A DNA stretch of 64,000 bases from the NCBI RefSeq assembly GCF_037042905.1, contig NC_087252.1, forward strand, positions 10,976,001 through 11,040,000, written 5' to 3'. Shown piece by piece: positions 52,475-64,000 of this stretch. Below the pieces are notes generated by a model. The model searched no databases. It was not told the DNA's origin and saw only the letters and a program-made list of their open reading frames with translations. Position 1 is the first letter of the stretch. The number at the start of each line of letters is the position of its first letter. The stretch comes from Lytechinus pictus. Lineage: Eukaryota. The position numbers were made by a program, and so were the translations under genes.

Positions 52475-53473
52475 ATGAATAGAGGAGGAATAACGACTGA
52501 CGTCTCATATTTCAACACGACCAGCCCCGGATACCACGAAGGACGGGAACACCTTAGGATCTCAAATATTCTTCAGGGGATATTTTTGGCTGTGACTTTT
52601 GTTGTAGTGTTATTGAGTAACATTTGCTCAATAGTCATCATTCGACGGCAACAGAACGTGTTTAGAGAATGTTCAAGACACCTGTATCAAGTTTTAACAG
52701 TTGCCGATTTGAGTGGAGGCCTTACAGGTTGCATTATGTACGATATCATTTGGCTCAACCAGAAGTGGTCTCTGGGTTTTATCTCATGTAAACTGTTCAC
52801 CTGGACTTTTCCCTGTTTGGTTCAAACCTCTATGATAGCCCTTACTTGTATCAGCATAGATCGATACATTGCTATCAGTAAACCCCTACGTTATCACACA
52901 TTGGTCACTCCTAGACGGACTGCAATATGTTTCTGTATGCTACTGCTCATGCCAATTTTGGTCTTTGTGTTTGGTTTTATTCCGGGCACAACTTTGCATG
53001 ATTTGGCGGAATATTCATGTCACATTCTAAAGGAGAGAATGGAATATCATGTCTCGTCAAGTGCAAATGCGGCAATTCTAGCGATCTCTTTAGTCGCTGT
53101 TCCGACACTTTTTGGGGCCATTCTGAATTTTGGTTCCATGCGGATTTCCATCCGTCAGGCACGGGCCATAGCAGCTGAGCGAAGAGCAGTCGATCTTGGC
53201 AGAATCGCAAATCCACATGTTGACTTCAAAGGAGTCAGGACGGTCCTTCTCATAAGTATCGTGAATGGTTTCTCGTGGTTTTCGGCCGCGGCACTTTTCT
53301 TTTACCCCATCTACGGTGAGTCGTTGCAGCATAGCTGGTTTGCATTTATTCTGATGCAGCTGACATTGCTTGGCTCTTGGAGCAACGCCTTAATCTTCGC
53401 GCAAACGAATACGAATTATCGCAGAGAAGGACAATTACTCGTCAGGTCCATATTCCGCTGCAGATCATCTTGA
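52475..53473 (+). CDS. Single-exon class A GPCR, 332 aa, same subfamily as GPCR1/2 (GPCR3)
   Basis: N-terminal NTT sequon; ADL, DRYIAISKPLRY, RQARAIAA, FKGVRTVLLISIVN, SWSNALIF motifs shared with GPCR1/2. Confidence 0.95.
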   Translation: MNRGGITTDVSYFNTTSPGYHEGREHLRISNILQGIFLAVTFVVVLLSNICSIVIIRRQQNVFRECSRHLYQVLTVADLSGGLTGCIMYDIIWLNQKWSLGFISCKLFTWTFPCLVQTSMIALTCISIDRYIAISKPLRYHTLVTPRRTAICFCMLLLMPILVFVFGFIPGTTLHDLAEYSCHILKERMEYHVSSSANAAILAISLVAVPTLFGAILNFGSMRISIRQARAIAAERRAVDLGRIANPHVDFKGVRTVLLISIVNGFSWFSAAALFFYPIYGESLQHSWFAFILMQLTLLGSWSNALIFAQTNTNYRREGQLLVRSIFRCRSS

Positions 53474-53599
53474 ATAAACCGCACGCGTTCTAAAATGAAA
53501 TTCCATGAGTAGGATTTTTTTTCGGTTTCGTGCAAGTGTGTGTTTTCGAGACTTTTATAACCCACATGCATTCAAATAATCTGACGATGTTATTATCTT

Positions 53600-54980
53600 G
53601 TATACAGAACGCAACCGGAAGCTATTCAACCTCGCACGTCTCCTCCGGGCAAGGACCAAAGGGCGGAACGTCCTTATCAGATCGAGAGGTGCTCTATTAG
53701 CAAATGATGTTGATCTGGCCTTGCCATCAGAAGGAGCACTGCAGATGCTGATCGACTGATTTTACGGCTACATGCATGACATTGTGAAGACTTTGGCTTG
53801 ACTATTAGTCTCAACAAGACCAACGTTATGGTACAAGTTGTATCCAATATATTGCAAATCGCACCCTATAAGTTGTTGAGACTGATCTTATCTTGGCTTA
53901 ACCATATCCAGCAATCTCTCTCGAGATGATGTTGATCTGGCCTTGCCATCAGAAGGAGCACTGCAGATGCTGATCGACTGATTTTACGGCTACATGCATG
54001 ACATTGTGAAGACTTTGGCTTGACTATTAGTCTCAACAAGACCAACGTTATGGTACAAGTTGTATCCAATATATTGCAAATCGCACCCTATAAGTTGTTG
54101 AGACTGATCTTATCTTGGCTTAACCATATCCAGCAATCTCTCTCGAGATGATGTTGATCTGGCCTTGCCATCAGAAGGAGCACTGCAGATGCTGATCGAC
54201 TGATTTTACGGCTACATGCATGACATTGTGAAGACTTTGGCTTGACTATTAGTCTCAACAAGACCAACGTTATGGTACAAGTTGTATCCAATATATTGCA
54301 AATCGCACCCTATAAGTTGTTGAGACTGATCTTATCTTGGCTTAACCATATCCAGCAATCTCTCTCGAGATGATGTGCTTAACACCACCTTCGGCAAGGC
54401 ATCACCAACGATGGATATACTCTCCAAGCGTGCCTGGGAGAACACAATACTAACCATATAAACATCAAAGATCAAAATCTACCAAGCGATTGTTCTCTGT
54501 ATGGCAGTGAGGCATGGACTTAATTTGACCGTCAAGAGCGCCTTTTAAGCTCCTTCCATCTACGCCGCCTGAGGCAGATTCTTCGAATCAAATGGTTGGA
54601 TAGCATTCCAAATAACGACATCCTCAAGAAAACAGGAAGATGGCCATCTTCGCTCTCTTCAAGCAACGACCTCTGAGATGGCTTGGTCATGTAAGTCCAA
54701 TGGATGACACTCGCCTGCCAACAGACATCATACGGCGAACTGGCCTCTGGAACAAAAGCTTTAGAAGACCAGTCCTATCCTTCGCTTTAAAGATGAATGT
54801 AAGCGTGTTATGAAGGCCATGCAGCGGCATCATCTCATCAAGATGAGAAGCCTCTTCTGCTGACCGAGGCAAATGGAGCTTTGGATTAAGCTAGATGTGA
54901 GAGGATGTGTGTCGGAGTGACTCGAACGAGTAGGAAGGTGGGAGAAGAGGCGCGTTCGGAGACAGCGAACAGTTATTGAG
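53600..54980 (+). mobile_element. Decayed RTE-clade LINE fragment
   Basis: DFGLTISLNKTNVMVQ, KIKIYQA, LYGSEAWT, FHLRRLRQILRIKW, LRWLGHV motifs with frameshifts. Confidence 0.88.
53704..54369. repeat. Three apparently identical 222-bp tandem units within the RTE fragment
   Basis: Units start at 53704, 53926 and 54148; ATGATGT microhomology repeated at 54370. Confidence 0.95.
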
Positions 54981-57255
54981 CGCAAATATTGTCTTAAATT
55001 TCAAACTAAGAGATATCATACATGATTCCAATGACAATTACACATTGCAATGCTGAGAACATCCATCATGATTGACATCCTTACTATAGGATCACGATGG
55101 CTAAAGTGTTGCATAACTATCGTCGTTACAGGAATCATTATCATTATGCATAGAGTTGTAGTTAATATTCTCTTTGTCATCGATATTACATGTCAAACCT
55201 ATAACGCAGATCGGGAGGGGGGTAAGGAGCTGTAAATATGGGCACAGCCCGTAAAATTGCAACCCCAAAGAAGAATCATAAAATGACTTCATTTGTGAAT
55301 GATGGCCTATTGATTTTATTTTATTATTTATTGTTTTATTTTTGGAGACATGTTGCTAGTCATTTGTGAGTTAAAACAAAACAAAACCTGGAGCCGTGCC
55401 TTATAGTGGTTCTAAATAGTGCACATAAAGGACCATAACAGTCATTTTATTCTAATGTTACATTTTGCCGTTAGATCAAAACTCGTGGATGTTACAATAT
55501 CTTTGGCTGTCACTATTATCTTTTTAGTTATATTCAATCTGTAGTGTGTAATTTTAGCACCGATTAGGATATAGTCCACAGAAATATTTATTTTTCGTGA
55601 TATGGTCGCGTAAATAGGAACAACAACCGGTGTCAGATTTTTGCAGTGTAGTATAGGGATTATCGTCACACTGATCATCATCGTCGTCCTCGCCATTATA
55701 TGTTTATTTATACAGGTAGGCCTGGAATACAAGTTAGTACGAAATGTGATCATAACACATATATGAATGTCTTCAAATGTTCTTTAAAGCGTTAATAGCC
55801 CATCGGTGTATTCATTTGTAACTGTTATTAACTATTATCAGTAGCGTTCTTTCAAAATGTTGCAGTGGTCTTATTCAAACGACTGTCATATGCCAGTAAA
55901 TTGTTTTATAAAGCGGTACAAGTAAACTTCAAAAGTATAATGACAATCTCTTCTATCTGTCCAAAGATTCTGTGACCGAGTTCCTTTAATTGTCCTTTAA
56001 ATGTGTTCAAAATGTGGCAGTTGCCAATTCGCATAACGAACATGATTGATGAAGGGTTGGGTGCAGTTGAATCACGCAGTCGTTATGACCATGTAAACTA
56101 GAATGTAATAATGTTTCCCTTTTCCTCCACTTATAAACAATTCACTTCATGATTGCGCTGATATAGCGATTTCAAAGCACTTCCAAGCTTTCAGGAAGAA
56201 AATTATTTATTTCAATCACTGGCGTCACGAACAAAAACTTTGAGGCGGTCAGATATGGTAGATGGAGCAAAAGCTTCTAAAAAGATCATAGCAAGCAAAT
56301 ATTTTGACCTTTTTTTATACTAAAATCTATTTTGTAGATATATTTCAACATAACATTCAGCCAATTATATCTTAGACTTTTTTTCTTGGTCGTGAAACAT
56401 TTTGAGGGCAGATTTTCACAACCTCCCTAGAAAATGTATGCCTTCCTCCCAATTAATTTTTCTCTTGATATTTGCAAACTCGTTTTGATTTGTTTAATGC
56501 AACGTTGCATAAACTCATTACCATCGCAGCCTGAAGAAGATACGATTTTTACAGATAGTGTTCGCTAGTTTTCTTTTTTAAGAAATAATTAGATGCTTCT
56601 CGTCCACATCATTTTAGATAGAGCTTATATTCTTGGTTCATTATTGTAATGAGATTTCTAATTGTTTTTTTGTTTTGTTTGATATTTCTGGCCTATACCC
56701 CGCTAGTATGGCCTTTAGGGAAATGGTTGACTCTATTTGTTTTTTTACTGTTATTAATTACTAGCCGATGGTGATTTTCGAAATCCTGCTACAATTTCAC
56801 ATTTTTTTCATTTTGAGGTTGATTTTTTTAATTGCCTAGAATATTGCATTAATCGTTAGTTTGTTCGGTAATGTATTCAAGCAGTTATCACAGGTCCAAT
56901 AGCATACCTCTTATTGGCTTTGGCAATGACCAATAGGCGCAAAGTTTATTATTCTTATAGCCTTATCTGTTATCAAGACATTATATCCTATTCTACATCA
57001 CTTGTAGAAATGTGCACTGTATTAAACAATGAATACTTATAATGTTCATTCTTGTAACGTATAGGTAGACTTCTTCATTAACTTACTTATGTACTTAGTC
57101 TTTAGAAAGGACAGAGCTCCGACCGAAGTACGGCTAGCTGGCGTCAATATTTCGACGCATTCGTGACATTAAACCAACTCAGGAATGTCGGAACGTCGGA
57201 ATGTAGTTGTATAGTTCAAACCTTCCAAGTTGAAAAGCTGATCTCAATATTACAA

Positions 57256-57266
57256 TGCGCATGCGC
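57256..57266. promoter_or_regulatory. NRF1/P3A2-type palindromic site upstream of GPCR4
   Basis: TGCGCATGCGC about 600 nt before the ATG. Confidence 0.35.
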
Positions 57267-57860
57267 TCTTCATCGCGTGCAGTTTCCGTTCATGTAACTT
57301 CGTCTTCAAAAATCATTTGAAGGCAAATTGCATAACATGCATATGAGCATGGCGCATGGGTATTCACTTTTCGTTCCTCAGACATGACATTCAATATCCT
57401 CAAGAAGAAGTCTTTGAAGCTCCTTTCGCACCTGTTTTTTGTTGGACTTTACGATCTATTTGTTGCTCTTTTCCTTCTTACATCCTAGCAAGTAAGAAAG
57501 TCGAGTCACTAATTGGAGTTGTCAAGCCAGATGGCTAGAGTCTCAGTTAGAGTTTACAGGTCTGCAGATGCCGTCTAAGTGTCGGAGAACATGGTAGTTA
57601 TAGAATCACCTGCCGCTTGTTCCGCATAGATATCGGGTCCTTATACAGTGCTTGGAGTGTAATCTACCAATTGTCCATAGATAAGAAAAGAGAATAGCTT
57701 GGTTGGCATGATTGGAGAAGAGTTTACTAGCGTAGCCCATGAGTACCCTTGTAGGCATACAGCGGGAGAGTGAAAGAACGCTTTAACAGTATCGTCGCGA
57801 CGTTATGACGTATGAGACGATTGATATTGAAATATACTTATAATTATTCTGACATTCTAA

Positions 57861-59126
57861 ATGGCTTCCACCATGAATACATCTATTCCTTTAAGTGCAT
57901 CTTTTGATAGCACAACCCCTGGGAGCCCTTCGGATGTACCCACCAATTCATCGTTGTCACCGGTCGCACAAAATTTGCATCAACTGGTTATAAATTGGGT
58001 GGCCATCGTGTTATGTTTTCTAGCCCTTATGGGGAACTTGACGATTATAAAGATTGTACCAAAGATATCATCAGAAGACATTGCTGATTCTAGTAAGGTT
58101 TGTTTAATCGTACAAGCCGTCATCGATACATCATTTCTATCGTTGTGCATCATCGGAACCTTTGCAGAGACCGTAGGCGAATTTACGATGTGGACGCATG
58201 GAAGAATGACTTTTTGCAGAATCGTGGGTTTTTTTATCGAATCGCTTGTGGATGTTGGCATTGTGAATATTGCTCTCCTAAACATGGATCGATATATTTT
58301 CATTGTAAGACCATTGTTTCATTCCCGAATCGCCACTCGAAATCGCACGGTGTTCACATCTATCGTCTGTGCAACATCGGTCATTGTTCTGATGGCCTTT
58401 TTCGTTTTCATGAACGAAGACTCCGTTCATATTATAACGAAAATAACCCCTGATTTGCTCGTATGCCTTATAAACTTTCAAAAGAGGTCATTTTTACCGT
58501 ATTCTTTCTGCATTTTCGGTATTGGTTGGCTGGTTATGGTTACACTCGTAGTCCAGTATATTCACATCATCAAAATATCATTGGCACATATGAGACGATT
58601 AAAACCTTCCGTGCGCGCAATCGGCGCCACCACTCGGGATGACAAGGGAACCTCTCGGCGCGGCAGTCTACCTCCGCCGGTGCTGAGGGCAGTATCAAAT
58701 GATGAACAGCAGAGGGAAAATCGCGTCAGCAATGCCTTGTTAGAGGTATACGGTGAGGAATTCACCTGTAGTTCTCTTCAGGAACCCGGCCAAGCTGCAA
58801 GATATTTACCCAGCAGACGTGACAGGTGCAGGAGAAAAGAGCAACAACCTAACCTTACCGACACCATCCACACATCTCTGTTTTGGCAGAATCTTCGAAT
58901 CTTGCGGACACCTCTCATAATCACCTGCTGCTTCTTTTCCTCTTTTCTCCCAATATCTTTCATAAATATTTACGTCGCTTCAACTGGTCACACCGTACAC
59001 CCCTCAATATCTGCATTCTTTAGCATGCTCGTAAGTATGAATGGTGGTGTCAATATCATCGTCTACTATTTTACCATTAAACCTTTTAAACGAATTCTCA
59101 AGAACACAGTTTGTCATGGTCGCTGA
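57861..59126 (+). CDS. Single-exon class A GPCR, 421 aa, long third intracellular loop (GPCR4)
   Basis: Ser/Thr/Pro N-terminus with NTS and NSS sequons; TM1 GN, TM3 Cys, DRYIFIVRPL, TM6 CFFSSFLP, TM7 NGGVNIIVY, helix 8 FKRIL. Confidence 0.93.
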   Translation: MASTMNTSIPLSASFDSTTPGSPSDVPTNSSLSPVAQNLHQLVINWVAIVLCFLALMGNLTIIKIVPKISSEDIADSSKVCLIVQAVIDTSFLSLCIIGTFAETVGEFTMWTHGRMTFCRIVGFFIESLVDVGIVNIALLNMDRYIFIVRPLFHSRIATRNRTVFTSIVCATSVIVLMAFFVFMNEDSVHIITKITPDLLVCLINFQKRSFLPYSFCIFGIGWLVMVTLVVQYIHIIKISLAHMRRLKPSVRAIGATTRDDKGTSRRGSLPPPVLRAVSNDEQQRENRVSNALLEVYGEEFTCSSLQEPGQAARYLPSRRDRCRRKEQQPNLTDTIHTSLFWQNLRILRTPLIITCCFFSSFLPISFINIYVASTGHTVHPSISAFFSMLVSMNGGVNIIVYYFTIKPFKRILKNTVCHGR

Positions 59127-59804
59127 TCGATATCAGGGAGTCATCACTTCCAAGATGCCCGACTGATACGAGAAAATAGAGAATGTATTGCCCTCCATGA
59201 CAATGCACGACCTAGAAGTCTCTGTCGAAAATTGGTCCTGGACTCTGGACAATAGATAATACGACATTTTTTTTCATCTCCGAAACTCGATCAGGAAGAA
59301 TCTACTGCTCTGGTGAAACAATTTTCGAAAAAGAAGGACGTTTTGAAAACATACTGTATTCTTTAATCTGTCAAACTAGTAGTCCGTTTTGGTTGGTACT
59401 ATTGATTTTCATCTACGATTATTTTTGTAAACACCTTTGCATAATTACTGATGTTTTAAACCGAATGAATAATAAGATATGAATAAACACTAGTGATTAT
59501 CCACATATGCATGCATTTTATAATTCCTCGTGAACAGGCTTTGATCCAGGCAGGAGTAAGGTTACTTACCACTTTTGGATTATATATTTTCTTCATGTTA
59601 TTTTTGGTTATAGTTATATCTGCTAAAGAGTGGGCCCTCTCCTATTTTGTGAACCATAGAACCATCTGAAAAACCATCATGGTCGTACTAATTAGATTCG
59701 GTTTTTATGATAATGTTAATGGTTAATCCATTGATATTGATTTTGTGATGTATATAGAGAAGTTACATTCATTTACATTGGTAATTTTAAACTGGGCGAC
59801 TGGC

Positions 59805-60252
59805 TTTTGATACGAATTGCACATATATTCTGTAAAAATAACTTTTAACATGTTTAAGATCAGTCGGAACTGATGATACGAACTGAACACATACTATGTA
59901 AAAATATATTTCGATATCAGTTGGTACGTATGATGAACTGCACATAATTTCTGTAAAAAGTAATTTCAAGATCAGTTGGGACTTATTATACGAACTGCAC
60001 ATATACTCTGTAAAAATTAATTTCAAGATCAGTTGGTACTTATGATACGAGCTCCATATATACTCTGTAAAAATAAATTTCATGACCAGTAGGTACTGAT
60101 AACACGAAATGGATATTTACTCGGTAGAAATAAATTTCGACATGTTCGAGGTCAGTAGCTATTGATCATACAAACTGCACATATACTCTGTAAAATAAAT
60201 TTCAAAGATCAGTTGTTAATTATGATAAGAACTTCACATATACTTTGTAAAA
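59805..60252. repeat. About 60-bp tandem repeat, 7-8 diverged copies
   Basis: Unit like GATACGAACTGCACATATACTCTGTAAAAATAAATTTCAAGATCAGTTGGTACTTA. Confidence 0.9.
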
Positions 60253-60464
60253 AAAATCAAGCATACAATTCTCATTTGTAAGCAGGAATACTTCTTATGT
60301 TGGTGGGTCAATTATTCCAATTACCTCCTTCTCCATCTGAATGAGTTTGATTGAGAGTAAAGAGAGAAAGATAAAAAAAGCAAGAGAGGTGGGGGTATAT
60401 ATATATATATATATATTTGCGCGATCGCGACATGCATTGTTCAATGGTATTGAAAAGTTTTATC

Positions 60465-60518
60465 AGTTGCCTGAAGATCGCACCTCACGTAGGTTGCGTG
60501 AAACTCAGAGTTGCAATT
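60465..60518 (+). ncRNA. Type I hammerhead ribozyme motif (Penelope-like pLTR remnant)
   Basis: AGTTGC-CTGAAGA-T CGCA CCT cacgt AGG t TGCG T-GAAA-CTC a GAG-TT-GCAATT; 6-bp stem I; (TA)n on both sides. Confidence 0.75.
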
Positions 60519-61007
60519 ACATTTGATGAACCTCCAGTCAACCTTGTGAACTTGTGTTTATTATTATATATGTATATATATATATCCACTTGGTATGGGA
60601 TTGGTTGAGGTTTAGAGTGGTCAATGCCGGGGCAGAGCAATACATGTATCTTGAAAAAATGACATATACTCTGCCCCATGTATTTACTCTTTATATCCGA
60701 CAGTCGCCATTGTGCATCAAATGATTAATATAACTCCCAGACATCGGAGCCCCAATTAATGTTGTTTACAGCTAGACCCCGGATATTCCTTGATACGACC
60801 CTATTTATGTTGTCCACAGATGGCTGCACTTTAATCATTGGTCTTTTTAGGCCTTGATGTCTCGCTCTATTTATAACCTTATTATTGACTATTATATCCT
60901 TACTCCGTTAAATAAGAACGGAGTGACCAACTGCAGATATTTTCAAAGGCGATTTGACTTCGTGCAAGCGAGGTTTGGTGATCCATGTTAACTTCTCTTG
61001 TTAAACG

Positions 61008-61097
61008 ATGGCAGCAGATATAGTTCGTCTATCATATCCGGCCTCAAGAGGACTTGGAGAACCAATTCGACTCGCATTGGTTGCAGCTGGTATTGAA
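61008..61097 (+). CDS. Glutathione S-transferase first coding exon, copy A (Tyr-type: alpha/mu/pi/sigma-like N-terminus)
   Basis: MAADIVRLSYPASRGLGEPIRLALVAAGIE followed by a GTAAGT donor; Y..RG..EPIR motif; phase 0. Confidence 0.85.
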
Positions 61098-62827
61098 GTA
61101 AGTATATGAATTCGAATCAATTCACAAATGGAACTCTGGGATTCATGTTAATGAATTGTTGTAAATGACTGAACAAACCTATTGGCAATAAAGTGCTTAT
61201 GGACAAGATGGAGGGATGGAGGAATGGAGAAAGATGTAAAGGGAGACGTACCAACGTGATATCATAGAGATTTCGCGCCCCAATGCTGAGCGGGTTCAAT
61301 AAATTATTGAAAAATGCCCATCAAATGACGATAAAGAGCCAGGAAGGTCTTTGTCTACTTTGGCTCACCCTATATTATTTCGCAGTTCTATTTTTGGAAC
61401 ATCGATGCTTACAGCCATGACAAAAAATGTTTATCTGTTATTGCATGCATATCAATTACATCTAATTTTTAACGATGTTTAATTACGCATTTTTCCCAAA
61501 AAAATTACTGTCACCCTTTCATGCCTGTGTTACGGAATGACATAAGACTTTAAAATACTATAAATGAAGCCTACAAATTAAATATCTAACATTTTCCCCA
61601 AAAAAAAATTACTAATTAAATATGTTGCAGATTGGAGCTAACACGCACCTGTAGCCAATTCTTGCTTTTTTCAAATTTGTCAAATTTATTAAAATGTAGT
61701 TGTTCTTTGCTTTTAAACTGACTAGAAGTATGAGGCTGACAGTCAATAAAAAATAATACATGTTTAATTTTCTATTTAATTCTAGCTAACTTAATTTACC
61801 TGCACGCTTATATCTTCTTTGTGAATGTACATCAACTTAAAAAGTGATGCCCATAGTCTTTAAATAATTCTAAAGTGAAATTAGATCCAATCTGTAATGA
61901 AATTAAAAGAAATTAAGAAAAAGGTTTTTGAATGTATATTTTGGCAAACATTTCCCTACTTAATCGTATATATTCTTAGACAGATCATTAATAATCTAAC
62001 TGTATATAATTCCAAAAGTGGGTTTTTGATAATAATTGAACTTTATTTTGTTTAAGTAGTGACATTTAACGCAACAAATGTTTTAAATGTACAAAAATCA
62101 TGAGCTAAGCATTATTATCCTTTACCGCATCCACCGGCTCCGCCGCCAATGTAACTTCAAACTTAGTGTGCTGTAGTTTTTGTTGCTAATATCGTATGGA
62201 TATATTTCTAGCTTCAAAATGATACCTTACACAACAGATTTGGCCATGGGCCTGTGATGTAGCTACAATTTATCCACGGCACTGCGTGAAAGTTTGTTCA
62301 TCCGCCACCCTTTTTGCATATACCCACATTATGAAATGCGACCATCTGTAACGCTATTTTGGTTAATGTGAATGTAATAATACCTGGTGAAAAAAATAAA
62401 CACACTCAGGCTTTGGTTCAAGAGGACTTTGATACCTTTAACTCATTATCAAGGAGGGAGGACACAGGAACATTCTACTATTTGCACACATGGGGACGCT
62501 ACATAAGAGCTAGTAGGCAGGACCAGGTATTGAATGTAATAATTAAATGACCGACAATGATCACCATCATGTTAATAGACCCTATTGTATAGAAAGGAGT
62601 GCATGGATTTTTATTCGGTTTGTCGTTTGAATCATTTCTGGTAAACAATATATAACCCCTCTCAACAAAAAATGGTTGTGTCCTTGAGTTGAAGGTCAGT
62701 TAAGGGTCAAGTCTACAGACCGTGGCAATGACACAAAACAAACATTACATACACATGTTTTCCACGTAGATCATGTAGAAAGAGGAATGTAATGTTTCTG
62801 TGATCTGCCAACCTCGTTGAAATAACA

Positions 62828-62917
62828 ATGGCAGCAAGTAATATTCGGTTGACATACTCCGCTACCCGTGGACTCGCGGAACCTATTCGACTCGCACTGG
62901 TTATATCTGGTATAGAG
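62828..62917 (+). CDS. Glutathione S-transferase first coding exon, copy B; downstream exons lie outside the window
   Basis: MAASNIRLTYSATRGLAEPIRLALVISGIE followed by a GTAATT donor; same length and phase as copy A. Confidence 0.85.
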
Positions 62918-63254
62918 GTAATTCAATTTGATTATTTATCATTGATAATGATGCAATAATGATGATTTGATTTGACTGATTTATTTATGTTTTTCTACAT
63001 AACAATGTAATATAACATAAAAATAACAAATACATTTTTGACAATAAATCAGACATATATATTGAACATAAAATCAGATGCAGAAGATGAATTGCCATTG
63101 TAAGCAGAAATGCTTGAAACTATGGCAAACCGAAACATAAATCATATTAATTATATAATCTAAGAATTATCAAAGCAAATATAAATTCAATAAAAAGAAA
63201 TAAAATCAAACAAATTAAACACTTGCTATAATATATAACCTTGAAAAAAAAAAC

Positions 63255-63713
63255 GATGATGGTGAAAATGATGACGATGATGATGATAGTGATGGTGATG
63301 ATGGTGATGATGATGATCGTGAAAATGATGATGATGATGATTATGGTGATGATGGTGGTGGTGATGATGGCGATGATGGTGGTGGTGAAAACGATGATGA
63401 TGATGATGGTGATGATGGTGGTGATGATGATGATGATGATGGTGGTGATGATGGTGATGATGATGATGGTGAAAATGATGATGATGATGATGGTGAAAAT
63501 GATGATGATGGTGATTATGGTGATGATGATGGTGATGATGGTGGTGATGATGATGATGATGGTGGTGATGATGGTGATGGTAATGATGATGATGGTGAAA
63601 ATGATGATGATGGTGATGATGGTGATGATGATGATGGTGATCATGATGGTGATGGTGATGATGATGATGATGTTGGAAATAATGAAAATGGTGGTAGTGG
63701 TGGTGCTGGTGGT
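63255..63713. repeat. (GAT)n/(GGT)n compound microsatellite in the GST intron
   Basis: About 460 nt of gat/ggt triplets. Confidence 0.97.
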
Positions 63714-64000
63714 ATAGGGGAAAAGGAATAGGAAATGATTATGACACAGAAAGTTTACCTTGCATATTCCGATCGTAACATGACCTTAAATTCAGATTTA
63801 AATGAGTGTATGAAGCAAGATGATTAAATTGAGTCTGGGAGAAGATTCCAAGGGTCAGGACCACGGTGTCGTACGGATCTCTGGGCAATAAGTAGTAACC
63901 ACCATTACAGGTTAATTCATATTTTCTTAACCCCCCCCCCAAAAAAAAAAAAAATGGTCCGCGAATTTGCAGCTAAACTTGTTCTGAAAATGGAGGCATG

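Noticed and set aside
62359..62550. ORF or exon candidate between the two GST first exons
   Set aside because: No frame resembles the GST QxP/QS glutathione-binding segment
63147..63717. Poly-Met/Val and poly-Ile/Thr ORFs
   Set aside because: Translations of a (GAT/GGT)n microsatellite

Overview
Eukaryotic, AT-rich invertebrate DNA; the intronless GPCR array, tRNA-derived SINEs and MITE families point to an echinoderm, probably a sea urchin (inference). Most entries in the supplied ORF track are spurious. Genes: (1) a spliced minus-strand gene largely missed by the ORF track. Five exons between 11029 and 325 are visible and the gene continues off the left edge; it encodes a signal-peptide protein with CPxGxYC-type Cys-rich repeats. 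(2) Four single-exon class A GPCRs on the + strand (20373, 30564, 52475, 57861); the first two are recent paralogues. (3) Two paralogous 90-nt first coding exons of a glutathione S-transferase (61008, 62828). The rest is a dense transposon landscape whose boundaries can often be resolved to the base by TSDs. It includes a multi-level nest (LINE > hAT > LTR element > Kolobok-like element and LINE tail), a non-autonomous LTR element with unusual 5'-CG...CG-3' termini, two hAT-like elements with 5-bp TSDs, a 6-kb long-TIR element, Tx1/L1, RTE and CR1/L2 remnants, SINEs, MITEs and satellites. Five type I hammerhead-ribozyme-like motifs of the Penelope-element kind sit next to (TA)n or TA-rich tracts. 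All calls were made by eye; no database searches were run.
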